Both the position numbers and the translations under genes were made by a program. A stretch of DNA of 64,000 nt from an uncultured Candidatus Saccharibacteria bacterium (lineage in GTDB: Bacteria > Patescibacteriota > Minisyncoccia > Phycocordibacterales > Phycocordibacteraceae). Position 1 is the first letter of the stretch. Every line of letters starts with the position of its first letter. The stretch covers positions 198,978 through 262,977 of the forward strand of contig CAYMNZ010000001.1 of the NCBI GenBank assembly GCA_964391975.1. Reading direction: 5' to 3'. Below the pieces are notes generated by a model that worked only from the letters and a program-made list of their open reading frames with translations, searched no databases and was not told where the DNA came from. Shown here piece after piece: positions 17,183-26,935 of this stretch.

Positions 17183-19852
17183 ATGCCTCCCTTCAAAAAC
17201 TTCACCACGAAAGCCAAAGAAGCGATACGCAAGGCTCACGAGCTGGCAATTGAACGCGGTCAAAACCACGTCTCTCCACTGCACCTCCTTACCGCTCTCA
17301 TCCACCAGGAAGAGAGCCTAGTTCTTTCTGTGCTCGACCGCCTGGACATCGACACGATGCTCCTCTCAGACACTCTTCTTGAGACCCTTGAGTCTCCGGA
17401 AGTCTCTGCCACGCTCTCGCCTTCCTATCAGCTCTACCTGACTCCCGACCTCGCTTCAGCTCTTGAAGCTTCAGGAAAGGCAGCGGCTCGTTTGAATGAT
17501 CCATTCGTCGGGACCGAACACCTCTTTGTCGCGGTGCTTGAGAACCCGGGACCTGCAGGAGATGTTGTTGCGCGTTTCAAGATTGAACCGGAGACCGTGC
17601 TTGCCGTACTAAAGGAGCTTAAGAATGCAAAGGACGGACAGATTGCAGAGCCTAAGAAGTTTCGTACGCTTGCTAAGTACACGCGTAACCTCACGCGCCT
17701 CGCGTCAGAGAACGCGCTTGACCCAGTCATTGGTCGCGATCAGGAGATTCACCGCGTGATTCAGATTCTTTCGCGCCGCACAAAGAACAATCCAGTGCTT
17801 ATCGGAGAGGCAGGTGTCGGAAAGACTGCCATTGCTGAAGGACTTGCTGCACGCATTGCTGTCGGAGATGTGCCGGAGTCGCTTAAGAACAAGGAGCTTC
17901 TTTCACTTGACCTTGGGCTCATGATTGCTGGCACTAAGTACCGCGGCGAGTTCGAGGAGCGCATGAAGAACGTGATGAAGGAAGTGGAGCGCGCAGAAGG
18001 GAAGGTACTGCTTTTCATAGATGAGCTCCACACCCTCGTTGGAGCGGGAGCTGCTGAAGGAGCCATGGACGCAAGCAACATGCTGAAGCCTGCACTCGGT
18101 CGTGGAGAGATTCGCATCATTGGTGCCACTACCCTTAAGGAATACCAGCAGCACATCGAGAAAGACGGAGCGCTTACTCGCCGCTTCCAGCCAGTGTATG
18201 TGAACGAGCCGTCGGTCGAGGATGCTATCGCGATTCTCCGTGGACTTCGCGACAAGTACGAGCTCTACCACGGTGTCAGGATTACTGACGGCGCGCTCGT
18301 TTCCGCTGTTGAACTTTCCTCCCGTTACATCGCTGACCGCTTCCTTCCAGACAAGGCCATCGACCTCATCGACGAGGCTGCTTCAGGACTGCGCATTGCG
18401 CTTGAGAACAAGCCGCCGCTGTTGGAGGAAACTGACCGCCGCATCCGCCGCCTCAACATCGAGCGCGAGGCTATGAAGAAGGACGAGGGAAGTGCAGACG
18501 GCAAGCAGATCAAAGAGCGCATCAAGGAAATTGACCGCGAGATTGCGGACCTCAAGGAGAAGACGGAGGAGCTTGAACTGAAGTGGAAGAACGAGAAGGA
18601 AGTGCTTGAGGCAATTAAGACCATGAAGAAGGAGCTTGAGAAGCTTCGCGTGCAGGCTGATAACGCAGAAGCGATTGCTGACCTCGGCACCACCGCCGAA
18701 ATCCGCTACGGCAAAGTTCCGATGATTCAGAAGGAGCTTGAGGTGAAGATGAAGCGCCTTAAGACGCTTCAGAAGTCTCGCCGTGTGCTCCACGAAGAAG
18801 TAACTGAGCACGAGATTGCTTCCGTCGTTTCGCGTTGGACGGGCATTCCAGTTTCAAAGATGCTCGAGGAAGAGGCTGCCAAGCTCGCTCGTATGGAAGA
18901 GGAGCTCACTGGAGCCGTTATCGGGCAGGATAGGGCAGTGACCGCCATCTCAGACGCGGTGAAGCGCTCTCGCGTTGGTATCTCGGACCCGAACCGCCCA
19001 ATCGGCTCGTTCATGTTCCTTGGTCCTACCGGTGTAGGTAAGACAGAGCTCTCCCGCCGCCTGGCTGATTTTATGTTTAACGATACCGATGCGTTGGTGC
19101 GTGTCGATATGTCTGAGTTCATGGAGAAGCATTCGGTGGCAAAACTTATCGGTGCGCCTCCGGGCTATGTGGGGTATGAGGAGGCGGGGTCTTTGACTGA
19201 GCGCATTCGCCATCGCCCGTATGCAGTGGTGCTCTTTGATGAGATTGAGAAGGCGCACCCTGAGGTATTTAACATTCTGCTTCAGGTACTTGATTCCGGA
19301 CACCTCACTGACGGTAAGGGTCGTAAGGTGAACTTCAAGAACACCATCATTATTCTTACGAGTAACGTAGGCGCTGAGTTTATCGACCGCCTTGCAGGCA
19401 TTGGCTTCTCTGATAACGCTAACGAAAGCATCGAGCACGACAAGCTCAAGGATAAGCTTATGGGGGCTCTCAAGGACCACTTCCGCCCTGAGTTCCTCAA
19501 TCGTCTTGATGACATTATCGTCTTCGATGTGCTCGCGAAGGAGTCGCTCATCAAAATTGTCGACAACCAGGTAGAGGAGGTCACGAAGCGCTTGACCGCA
19601 AAGCGCATTAGCCTCGACCTCGCGCCTGAGGTGAAGCTCTGGCTTGCAGAGAAGGGCTACAGCCCACAGTACGGAGCACGCCCGCTTAAGCGGGTAATCC
19701 AGGACAAGATTTTGACTCCTATCGCCACCCTTATGGTCGGCCAGGGCATCATGGAAGGTGGTTCCGTAAAGGTGACCCTAAAGGCAGGGGAACCTTCCTT
19801 TGAGGTCCATAAGACCGCTCGCAGGGTTAAGAAAGCTGAGACGGTTGCCTAA
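17183..19852 (+). CDS. clpB: ATP-dependent chaperone ClpB
   Basis: 889 aa. Clp N-domain, two AAA+ modules (GEAGVGKTA...; GPTGVGKTE...) separated by a long coiled-coil middle domain. Confidence 0.95.
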   Translation: MPPFKNFTTKAKEAIRKAHELAIERGQNHVSPLHLLTALIHQEESLVLSVLDRLDIDTMLLSDTLLETLESPEVSATLSPSYQLYLTPDLASALEASGKAAARLNDPFVGTEHLFVAVLENPGPAGDVVARFKIEPETVLAVLKELKNAKDGQIAEPKKFRTLAKYTRNLTRLASENALDPVIGRDQEIHRVIQILSRRTKNNPVLIGEAGVGKTAIAEGLAARIAVGDVPESLKNKELLSLDLGLMIAGTKYRGEFEERMKNVMKEVERAEGKVLLFIDELHTLVGAGAAEGAMDASNMLKPALGRGEIRIIGATTLKEYQQHIEKDGALTRRFQPVYVNEPSVEDAIAILRGLRDKYELYHGVRITDGALVSAVELSSRYIADRFLPDKAIDLIDEAASGLRIALENKPPLLEETDRRIRRLNIEREAMKKDEGSADGKQIKERIKEIDREIADLKEKTEELELKWKNEKEVLEAIKTMKKELEKLRVQADNAEAIADLGTTAEIRYGKVPMIQKELEVKMKRLKTLQKSRRVLHEEVTEHEIASVVSRWTGIPVSKMLEEEAAKLARMEEELTGAVIGQDRAVTAISDAVKRSRVGISDPNRPIGSFMFLGPTGVGKTELSRRLADFMFNDTDALVRVDMSEFMEKHSVAKLIGAPPGYVGYEEAGSLTERIRHRPYAVVLFDEIEKAHPEVFNILLQVLDSGHLTDGKGRKVNFKNTIIILTSNVGAEFIDRLAGIGFSDNANESIEHDKLKDKLMGALKDHFRPEFLNRLDDIIVFDVLAKESLIKIVDNQVEEVTKRLTAKRISLDLAPEVKLWLAEKGYSPQYGARPLKRVIQDKILTPIATLMVGQGIMEGGSVKVTLKAGEPSFEVHKTARRVKKAETVA

Positions 19853-19879
19853 GTACGGCCCATCTGGTAGATTCAGCGG

Positions 19880-20035
19880 ATGTCCCAGGACCATCTCGTA
19901 AAAATCAAGTCGACCAAGTCCGACCACGTCCGCTTTACCCGGAAGAACAAGAAGAAGGTTGAGCGCAAGCTTGAACTTAAGAAGTACGACCCGAACACCA
20001 GGAAGCGCGAGGTCTACAAGGAGATCAAGAAATAA
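19880..20035 (+). CDS. rpmG: 50S ribosomal protein L33
   Basis: 51-aa ORF not in the supplied track: MSQDHLVKIKSTKSDHVRFTRKNKKKVERKLELKKYDPNTRKREVYKEIKK. Followed directly by a strong terminator. Confidence 0.8.
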   Translation: MSQDHLVKIKSTKSDHVRFTRKNKKKVERKLELKKYDPNTRKREVYKEIKK

Positions 20036-20060
20036 CCGCCCAGAAGGCGGTTTTTTCTTA
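20036..20060 (+). terminator. Rho-independent terminator (possibly bidirectional)
   Basis: ccgcc-cagaa-ggcgg stem followed by TTTTTTCTT. Also lies at the 3' end of the convergent minus-strand ORF 20058..20435. Confidence 0.7.
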
Positions 20061-20435
20061 CTTAAGCGTAACGACCCGACGAGGTATGTCGTCACTGGTG
20101 CCGGCAGGTCTTCGCCACGGGGCCGAGGAGGCAGCAGTTCCAAGCATGGCTGAGTCTAGCTGGAAGGCTTTCCCATCCCAGCGAAGCTGCATAGGAGTCT
20201 CGTTTTCTTTGCCGAAGAAATAAAATATCGCACCGCTCTTGAAGAGGAGTGCTTCAGGCGAATCCGGATTGCTCTTAATCCATTTCGCTTCCTTTTTACC
20301 CGCCAAAGTAACGCCGCGCTCTTGTCTCAAAAAGCCCCCTACCTCTCCAACAGGTTTTTCACCAAGCTCAAGATATTCTTGCGTCTCGATTGCTGGCAGT
20401 TTGTCCAATTTCTTCCACAAATCTTCGATAGGCAT
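20058..20435 (-). CDS. hypothetical protein
   Basis: 125-aa ORF (MPIEDLWKKLDKLPAIETQEYLELGEK...). No recognisable family. Confidence 0.35.
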   Translation of the reverse strand: MPIEDLWKKLDKLPAIETQEYLELGEKPVGEVGGFLRQERGVTLAGKKEAKWIKSNPDSPEALLFKSGAIFYFFGKENETPMQLRWDGKAFQLDSAMLGTAASSAPWRRPAGTSDDIPRRVVTLK

Positions 20436-20483
20436 ACGAGGTATGAACTACGACTAAGCTATGTCTACTATGATAGCACCGAG

Positions 20484-20557
20484 TGGCGGGCCCACGAGGA
20501 ATCGAACCTCGACCAAGGGATTTGGAGGCCCTCGTTCTACCATTAAACTATGGACCC
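20484..20557 (-). tRNA. tRNA-Trp (anticodon CCA), CCA encoded
   Basis: Reverse complement gggtccatagtttaatggtagaacgagggcctccaaatcccttggtcgaggttcgattcctcgtgggcccgcca. Anticodon loop CTCCAAA. Confidence 0.8.
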
Positions 20558-20634
20558 TGTAGGCGCTACGATAGCAGTATTCCTGCCTGTGGGCAAAGAG
20601 CTTCACGTTGTTTCAATACCGTATACTTAGCCTC

Positions 20635-21684
20635 ATGAAGCGAACGCTCGCGTACCTCCTGGCCTTTGTGCCGCTGTTAGTGCTTACCGTTCCTGGAACT
20701 GCCTCCGCTGCATTCTGGGGACCTATCGTCGATGGTCGTTGCCTTTGCCCAGGTTCAGCACCGGACTACGGCTGCGTGATTCAGACCATTCAAAACACCA
20801 TGAACCTCGGGGTGTCGCTTGCGGTGGTGATTGCAACGCTCGTTATTGCATACGCAGGCGCCATCTGGCTCGTCTCCCCGGTTAATCCTAAGAGCCGTGA
20901 GATGGGACGCACCATGCTCCTTAATGCCGTCATAGGGCTTGTGGTGTTGCTTGCGGGATGGATCTTCGTCGACTTCCTTATGAAGCAGCTCTACAACGAG
21001 AGCGCCAACTCCAACGGCGTGCAGCTCGGGCCATGGAACGAGATTCTTGCGCCAAGTGCAACAGGCGACGATATGTGTATCGAGCGTCGGACTGAGTTCG
21101 GACAGAATACTCCCAGCACCCCGAGTACCGGGGGAACTGGAACGGTAACTACACCTGGTGATGACGATGACGACGACGATACCCCAACGCCCACCCCATC
21201 ACCTCAATCATGTACAGTGACCGATAGTAAATCCGCATGTGGTGGCTTCTATATCCAGACGGCATGTGGTACTTCGCATAACACAAACGTCAAAAATCTC
21301 GTAGACGCTGGGGTCCGTGGTCAATCAACCGGAAGCTGCTGTATGAAAAACAATGACTCGTGCACTTCGCTTGATGGCATAAGTTCAAATGCGATAAACC
21401 TGATTCGTAATCTTCAGGAGGATTACGGGGGAGTATTAATAACGGGTGGTACTGAAACTGGTCACACGAACCACGGTTACAACAGGAGTTTTGATATGGG
21501 CATCTCCGCGGCGGGCGATGCTGCAATTCGTGCGCTCCCACGCGCGACCGCAGAGCAAAGAGACTGCCATGACATTTTGAGTACCAATGTCTACGCATCC
21601 ACGGGATCGGGTGCCTCCTATTTCGATGAGGGCGGTCACTGGCACGTCACAGTCGGAGGGTTCTCTTCTTGTTTGCCTGACTAG
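20635..21684 (+). CDS. pilin-like two-TM module fused to Asp/Thr-Pro linker and C-terminal Cys-rich domain with LAS-type Zn-peptidase motifs
   Basis: Start at MKRTLAYLLAFVPLLVLTVPGTASA (signal peptide). Two-TM core VIATLVIAYAGAIWLVSPVNPKSREMGRTMLLNAVIGLVVLLAGWIFVDFL. DDDDDDDTPTPTPSP linker. C-terminal domain with 10 Cys and GHTNHGYNRSFDMG (H-x6-D) ... GGHWHV (H-x-H). Confidence 0.6.
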   Translation: MKRTLAYLLAFVPLLVLTVPGTASAAFWGPIVDGRCLCPGSAPDYGCVIQTIQNTMNLGVSLAVVIATLVIAYAGAIWLVSPVNPKSREMGRTMLLNAVIGLVVLLAGWIFVDFLMKQLYNESANSNGVQLGPWNEILAPSATGDDMCIERRTEFGQNTPSTPSTGGTGTVTTPGDDDDDDDTPTPTPSPQSCTVTDSKSACGGFYIQTACGTSHNTNVKNLVDAGVRGQSTGSCCMKNNDSCTSLDGISSNAINLIRNLQEDYGGVLITGGTETGHTNHGYNRSFDMGISAAGDAAIRALPRATAEQRDCHDILSTNVYASTGSGASYFDEGGHWHVTVGGFSSCLPD

Positions 21685-22523
21685 GAGGGCAGTTTTCTAA
21701 GCCACTGCTTCTGATGTCTCGCATACTGCCAGAGTTTAGCAGCGAGCGTTGGCAGGAGTGTTGATTCCTCGCGTTCACCACGTAAGTATTCTCCTATAAT
21801 TCGGTACTCAAGCCCGAGCTCAGTGAGGCGGGCATCTCCCACATACTCTCGCACTGTTCGCACCTCTTCTATAAGCCCGCGTTCAAAAGCACTTTGCAGT
21901 CGCTTCGTAATACGCTCTCGAAGCTCATCGCGCTCAAGGTCAACGACGACCCACTCAATCTCGTAGGCATCGTTTGGGATACGCGCAGGGACGGCTCCGT
22001 GTTTCTCAATAATCTCAAGAGCGCGGACAAGACGCCTTCGGTTACTGTGGTCTATTGTCTCTGCCCTGTGAGGGTCCTTCTCATCGATAAGGCGAGCAAG
22101 CTCTTCGGTCGAAAGTTGCTCGAGCTCTTCACGATACTTGGGGTCCGAAGGCATCTCCGGAGGTAGGCCGTTAAGAAGTGCGTCGAAGTAGAAGTGAGTG
22201 CCGCCAGCAAGTATCGGAAGCTTGCCACGGGAGGAAATGTCCTCGATGAGTCGTGCGGCATCATGTATGAAATCGCCTGCACTGTAGGAGTCTTTGGGGT
22301 CACGTATGTCGATAAGGTAGTGAGGAATGCCGTCCATCTCCTCTGTGCTGGTTTTCTCTGTTCCGATGTCGAGGGTTCGGTAGACTTGGCGGGAATCCAC
22401 TGAAATAACCTCGCCATTACGCTCCTTGGCGATAGCAACTGCACGAGCAGACTTGCCAGAGGCCGTAGGGCCTATGACGCAGACAATCTTGGTTTTGCCG
22501 GGCATGAACCCGGATGCTATCAT
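21681..22523 (-). CDS. miaA: tRNA dimethylallyltransferase
   Basis: ...IVCVIGPTASGKSARAVAIAKERNGEVISVDSRQVYRTLDIGTEKTS...LLNG. Start trimmed to MIASGF... Confidence 0.85.
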   Translation of the reverse strand: MIASGFMPGKTKIVCVIGPTASGKSARAVAIAKERNGEVISVDSRQVYRTLDIGTEKTSTEEMDGIPHYLIDIRDPKDSYSAGDFIHDAARLIEDISSRGKLPILAGGTHFYFDALLNGLPPEMPSDPKYREELEQLSTEELARLIDEKDPHRAETIDHSNRRRLVRALEIIEKHGAVPARIPNDAYEIEWVVVDLERDELRERITKRLQSAFERGLIEEVRTVREYVGDARLTELGLEYRIIGEYLRGEREESTLLPTLAAKLWQYARHQKQWLRKLPS

Positions 22524-22560
22524 GCGCCAATCATCTTTGTCAGCGTAAGCTTTATACCCT

Positions 22561-23226
22561 ATGGATAAGAACGGACAGAAGAGCACCTATTGTGAGCATT
22601 GCGGCGATTTCCACGACCCTATGCGGGAGTACGTGTCGTCAGTGCGTGTGGGAGAGATTGTTCCTGACTATGAGTTCGAAATCTTCCAGAACAATGAGGT
22701 AAAGACCGTGAAGTTCTCTGATTTCCGCGGGAAATGGCTCATCGTCATGTTCTACCCAGCTGACTTCACCTTCGTGTGCCCAACGGAGCTTGAGGACATG
22801 GCGAAGCTCTACCCGAAGATTAAGGAAATGAGTGGAGAGGTGATTTCTTTCTCGACCGACACTGTCTTTACCCACAAGGCATGGCACGACACGTCGGAGG
22901 CTATTAAGAAGATTGAATTCCCAATGGGCGCAGACCCAGCAGGAAAGATTTCGGACGCATTCGGCGTCTTGATTCAGGGCTACGACACCACCCTCACTCC
23001 TGACGAAGGTCTCTCTATGCGCGGCACCTTCCTCATCGATCCAGCCGGAATCCTCAAGACCATGGAAATACACCACAACTCCATTGGTCGCTCTGGAAAG
23101 GAGACGCTCCGCAAGCTCCAGGCAGCACAGTTCGTGGAGACACATGGCGACAAGGTCTGCCCAGCGTCATGGGAGCCAGGAGACGATACGCTCGAGCCTG
23201 GTATGGATTTGGTAGGGAAGATATAG
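22561..23226 (+). CDS. 2-Cys peroxiredoxin (AhpC/TSA family) with N-terminal Cys/His extension
   Basis: FTFVCPTE peroxidatic Cys and C-terminal VCPASW resolving Cys. An N-terminal ~45-aa extension contains CEHCGDFHD. Confidence 0.85.
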   Translation: MDKNGQKSTYCEHCGDFHDPMREYVSSVRVGEIVPDYEFEIFQNNEVKTVKFSDFRGKWLIVMFYPADFTFVCPTELEDMAKLYPKIKEMSGEVISFSTDTVFTHKAWHDTSEAIKKIEFPMGADPAGKISDAFGVLIQGYDTTLTPDEGLSMRGTFLIDPAGILKTMEIHHNSIGRSGKETLRKLQAAQFVETHGDKVCPASWEPGDDTLEPGMDLVGKI

Positions 23227-23233
23227 TTTCCCT

Positions 23234-24379
23234 ATGAAGATATTGCTTCTCGGGAGCGGCGAACTCGGGAAGGAAGTCGCTATTGAAGCGATGCGCTTGG
23301 GGCACACCGTTGTGGCCTGTGACCGCTATGAAGGAGCGCCGGCAATGCAGGTAGCGCATTCTTCTCGTGTCTTCTCTATGCTCGATGGTACAGAGATACG
23401 GCGTGCCGTAGAGGAAGAGAAGTCTGACCTCATCGTTCCGGAGATTGAAGCTATAGCAACCGCTACACTTGTTGAGCTTGAGAAAGAAGGGCACACAGTT
23501 ATTCCAACTGCGAGAGCCGCACAGCTCACTATGGACCGTGAAGGCATACGTCGCCTCGCCGCAGAGGAGCTTTCGCTCCCGACGAGCCCGTATCGATTTG
23601 CAGGAAGCTTTGAGGAGCTTGATACTGCCACTGGAGAGATTGGATTTCCGTGCGTTATCAAGCCAACGATGTCCTCTTCAGGAAAGGGGCAGAGTGTGGT
23701 GAAGAATCGCGATGAGCTCGCAAAAGCTTGGGACTACGCGATGGAAGCGGGGCGAGGGAAGACGGGGAAGGTGATTGTCGAGGGCTTCGTTATCTTTGAC
23801 TACGAGATTACGTTGCTTACCATCCGACACGCTGCGGGCACAAGTTTCTGTGCACCTATCGGGCATGTGCAGATAGACGGTGACTACCGAGAGAGCTGGC
23901 AGCCCCACGCGATGAGTGAGAAAGCTCTGACGGCTGCAGAGGACATCGCGAAGAAGATTACTGATGCGCTTGGAGGTCGCGGAATCTTTGGCGTCGAGCT
24001 TTTTATACAAGGGGATAAGGCTATCTTCTCCGAAGTGTCTCCGCGCCCGCACGACACAGGCATGGTGACCATGGCGAGTCAGAATATGAGTCAGTTCGAG
24101 CTGCATGTGCGAGCTATCACCGGTCTTCCGATTCCTCTCATCACTTCTCATCCTGGGGCGTCTGCGGCAGTACTCTCTGAGATTGAGACTGAGCATCCTG
24201 TCATCGAAGGACTTGAGGATGCACTTTCTGAACCTGGAACCTCCGTGCGGGTGTTTGGGAAGCCTTCTGCACATAAGAGGCGCCGTATGGCGGTAGCACT
24301 TGCGACCGCGGATACAACTGATGAGGCCCGCGCTAAGGCGATGGGGGCAGCAGGAAAGATTCGTGTGGTATCCTCGTGA
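23234..24379 (+). CDS. purT: formate-dependent phosphoribosylglycinamide formyltransferase (ATP-grasp)
   Basis: [23 protein letters not shown]... ATP-grasp core with near-identical N-terminal motif to PurT. Confidence 0.9.
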   Translation: MKILLLGSGELGKEVAIEAMRLGHTVVACDRYEGAPAMQVAHSSRVFSMLDGTEIRRAVEEEKSDLIVPEIEAIATATLVELEKEGHTVIPTARAAQLTMDREGIRRLAAEELSLPTSPYRFAGSFEELDTATGEIGFPCVIKPTMSSSGKGQSVVKNRDELAKAWDYAMEAGRGKTGKVIVEGFVIFDYEITLLTIRHAAGTSFCAPIGHVQIDGDYRESWQPHAMSEKALTAAEDIAKKITDALGGRGIFGVELFIQGDKAIFSEVSPRPHDTGMVTMASQNMSQFELHVRAITGLPIPLITSHPGASAAVLSEIETEHPVIEGLEDALSEPGTSVRVFGKPSAHKRRRMAVALATADTTDEARAKAMGAAGKIRVVSS

Positions 24380-24382
24380 GAT

Positions 24383-24949
24383 ATGTATAACCCCTTACGA
24401 GGTTTGTGGCGAAAGATTGTTGATTCGGAGCCGCCCAATACTGATACTGGTGAGCATAAGAGAGATGAAAGGCGTAACCGAACTCGAGCGGGTGCAATTG
24501 CAACTGCGGGATTAGCTGCGGCTCTAGGTGCCGCAACTCCGATAGATAATGGGAGCTACCAGCCACGTCCTGCTGTCGAACGTGTACAAACCAACCCGGT
24601 TCGAAGCGAAGCAGCGGATACCACAAGGGGAGATGGAGCCTATGCTGTAATGACAAGTCTCCTCCACAACCTTGAACGCGACCCGAGGGCCAAGGCAGCG
24701 TTCGAGCAACTCTTTCCAGTTAACGAAGGACAGAGCTCAGCTGACCGCATGCGCGCTATCACCGAAGAGATTGGCCTTCGCAATCCGCAGACAGGATGGG
24801 AGATTACGCTTCAGGGCGGTGACTACCTCTCCTTTACTCCGGGCACAGGACTTACCCTTGAAGGTACGCACAGCAGCTCGTTTGCACTGACGGATGAAGA
24901 AGATCGGAAATTAGGATACGACCCGGCACTCGACGCGTATCGTAACTAG
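24383..24949 (+). CDS. hypothetical protein
   Basis: 188-aa ORF. Basic N-terminus and Ala/Gly-rich hydrophobic segment (GAIATAGLAAALGAA). No recognisable family. Confidence 0.45.
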   Translation: MYNPLRGLWRKIVDSEPPNTDTGEHKRDERRNRTRAGAIATAGLAAALGAATPIDNGSYQPRPAVERVQTNPVRSEAADTTRGDGAYAVMTSLLHNLERDPRAKAAFEQLFPVNEGQSSADRMRAITEEIGLRNPQTGWEITLQGGDYLSFTPGTGLTLEGTHSSSFALTDEEDRKLGYDPALDAYRN

Positions 24950-24952
24950 TGC

Positions 24953-25858
24953 CTAAGAGCTTCGCAGACGTCGGAGCACGGTCTCCAGAGTTTTTCTCAT
25001 ATCCTTCGGGAGCGATAGTTCCGTAAGGGATGCGCGTGTCTGTAAATTTCCCGTAAGTATCGAAGAAAGCGAGAATCCGGTCTCTGCGCGAATGGTGCGG
25101 TCGATGTTGTTTGTGGTAAGCGCTCGAAGGCTCACCAGCTCTTTGGCCTTGTCGCCTCCCATAGTCGTGGCGATGCCAACGAGCGCACCAGAGGAATCGA
25201 CTACTGGTCCGCCCGAAACTCCCTTGTGTCCAGCTTTTGATGGGGCGACAAGAAGGATGTCTTGGTTTGGTTTAGTGAAAGAGCGAATGTCAGTCACGGT
25301 TGAAGAGGCGACAATGCGCTTCAACTTACTCTTCACACCATCGAAGTCGAGCCTGTCTGCAGGATAGCCGGCAATCGAGACGGCCATGCCGCTTGTGGTC
25401 ACAGTGTTTAGTGGAAGCGCCGGAAAGACCGTTCCAGGTTTAGCGTCCGTAATGTAGAGGAGGGTGAAATCGCTATCACCGGTTCCTTTGCCTTCGGTCT
25501 TTGTTGCTACCTTGCTTTGATACTGCTCGGTCCACGAAAGCGGCATGTAGAGAAGTTCGGCATGGTACATCTCCTTGGCAGGAGAACCAGTGCGAATGGA
25601 GCAGCGGTTCTTACTCTTGGAGTCGGTTGAGGAGGCGAGAAGGAAATACTGTGCGACGTGGGCATTCGTAATGATGACACCTCGACTGTCGACGAAAGAA
25701 CCGGTGCCTGTAGTCTGGAAGGTTGCGCCGCCTACTTTCATGCGGCAGAAGACGTTTACGGTCGCCTTCTCAAGTGGCGTCTCTATGGGTGCAGTCTTAG
25801 CGTCTGCGCCCAAGGGAAGCATGAGTACAAACAGTACGAGTACGAGAAGTTTTTTCAT
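24953..25858 (-). CDS. secreted trypsin-like serine protease (S1 family)
   Basis: Start trimmed to MKKLLVLVLFVLMLPLGADA (signal peptide) so it does not overlap the tRNA. Catalytic triad contexts ITNAHV (His), DFTLLYI (Asp), GVSGGPV (Ser). Confidence 0.75.
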   Translation of the reverse strand: MKKLLVLVLFVLMLPLGADAKTAPIETPLEKATVNVFCRMKVGGATFQTTGTGSFVDSRGVIITNAHVAQYFLLASSTDSKSKNRCSIRTGSPAKEMYHAELLYMPLSWTEQYQSKVATKTEGKGTGDSDFTLLYITDAKPGTVFPALPLNTVTTSGMAVSIAGYPADRLDFDGVKSKLKRIVASSTVTDIRSFTKPNQDILLVAPSKAGHKGVSGGPVVDSSGALVGIATTMGGDKAKELVSLRALTTNNIDRTIRAETGFSLSSILTGNLQTRASLTELSLPKDMRKTLETVLRRLRSS

Positions 25859-25861
25859 ATG

Positions 25862-25947
25862 TGGTGCCGGAGGAGGGAGTCGAACCCTCAACCCTTGCGG
25901 GAACGGGTTTTGAATCCGTCGCGTATACCAATTCCGCCACCCCGGCT
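25862..25947 (-). tRNA. tRNA-Leu (anticodon CAA), CCA encoded
   Basis: Reverse complement gccggggtggcggaattggtatacgcgacggattcaaaacccgt...long variable arm...gggttcgactccctcctccggcacca. Anticodon loop TTCAAAA. Confidence 0.8.
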
Positions 25948-26002
25948 TGTGGATTATCCTACGCGCGAACGCCCGTGCCTGCAATGCGCGTGATAGAATT
26001 GC

Positions 26003-26935
26003 GTGATGTCAGGGGATGCATATGAGCCGACGAGGTTTGACTCCGTCTTTTGGGTGGAGATTGACCGTGTAGGACCCAATCCATACCAGCCACGCCGAGA
26101 GTTCGACGAAATGCGCCTTAAGGCGCTCGCTGAATCCATACGCCAGTACGGTGTGCTGCAGCCGATGGTCGTCACCCGCAAGGAGGTAGAGAAGCCAGGG
26201 GGAGGACTTGAGACCCGCTACGAGCTTATTGCTGGAGAGCGTCGTCTCCGTGCATCAAAGCTCGTTGGACTTCGTGAGGTTCCTGTCGTGATTCGCGAAG
26301 GAGAGCAAAGCGATAGCATGAAGCTGCAGCTCGCTATCATCGAGAACCTTCAGCGTGAGGACCTTAACGCCATTGACCGCGCGAAGGCTCTTGCAAAGCT
26401 TGCTGAGGAGTTCGCCTTTTCCCACGTGGAGATTGGAGCCAAGATAGGCCGCAGTAGGGAATTTGTGAGCAACTCCATTCGCCTTCTCGCGCTTCCTGAA
26501 ATGATTCAGCAGGCAGTGGTGAATAAGGAGCTCACTGAAGGTCACGCCCGTGCACTTCTCATGCTCTCAGACCGACCAGAGGAACGCGACACGCTCTTCA
26601 GGGAGATTGTGCTTAAGAAGACCTCAGTGCGTGTAGCTGAACAGATGGCGCGTCGCATCGCCGTTGACCGTATCCGCAAGCACGACAAGACTCCGGAGAT
26701 GATGGAGATTGAGAAGTCACTCACTGAAACTCTGGGCACTCGCGTGTTGATTGAAAACCGCCCGAACGGCGGTCGTGTGCTCATTGAATTTTTCTCACCG
26801 GAAGATCTCTCGCACATCGTCGCAGCGCTCGCTGCTGAGCAGGGAGTAAAGATGACCGACGACGAAGTGGAGGCACCAATCCCTGGCGTGTCTCAAGTTG
26901 ACGAGACCGGAACGATTCGAAACTTTACGGTTTAG
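26003..26935 (+). CDS. parB: ParB/Spo0J-family partition protein
   Basis: ...YELIAGERRLRASKLVGLREVPVVIRE... ParB N-terminal box, HTH and C-terminal dimerisation region. No parA adjacent. Confidence 0.85.
   Translation: MMSGDAYEPTRFDSVFWVEIDRVGPNPYQPRREFDEMRLKALAESIRQYGVLQPMVVTRKEVEKPGGGLETRYELIAGERRLRASKLVGLREVPVVIREGEQSDSMKLQLAIIENLQREDLNAIDRAKALAKLAEEFAFSHVEIGAKIGRSREFVSNSIRLLALPEMIQQAVVNKELTEGHARALLMLSDRPEERDTLFREIVLKKTSVRVAEQMARRIAVDRIRKHDKTPEMMEIEKSLTETLGTRVLIENRPNGGRVLIEFFSPEDLSHIVAALAAEQGVKMTDDEVEAPIPGVSQVDETGTIRNFTV

Noticed and set aside
17761-18811. Several minus-strand ORFs (164, 122 and 142 aa) inside clpB
   Set aside because: Antisense to ClpB AAA+ and coiled-coil regions. Ser-rich low-complexity translations.
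24953-25984. Full-length 343-aa version of the serine protease ORF
   Set aside because: Its first 42 codons run through tRNA-Leu(CAA). The internal MKKLLVLVLF... start yields a proper signal peptide and clears the tRNA.
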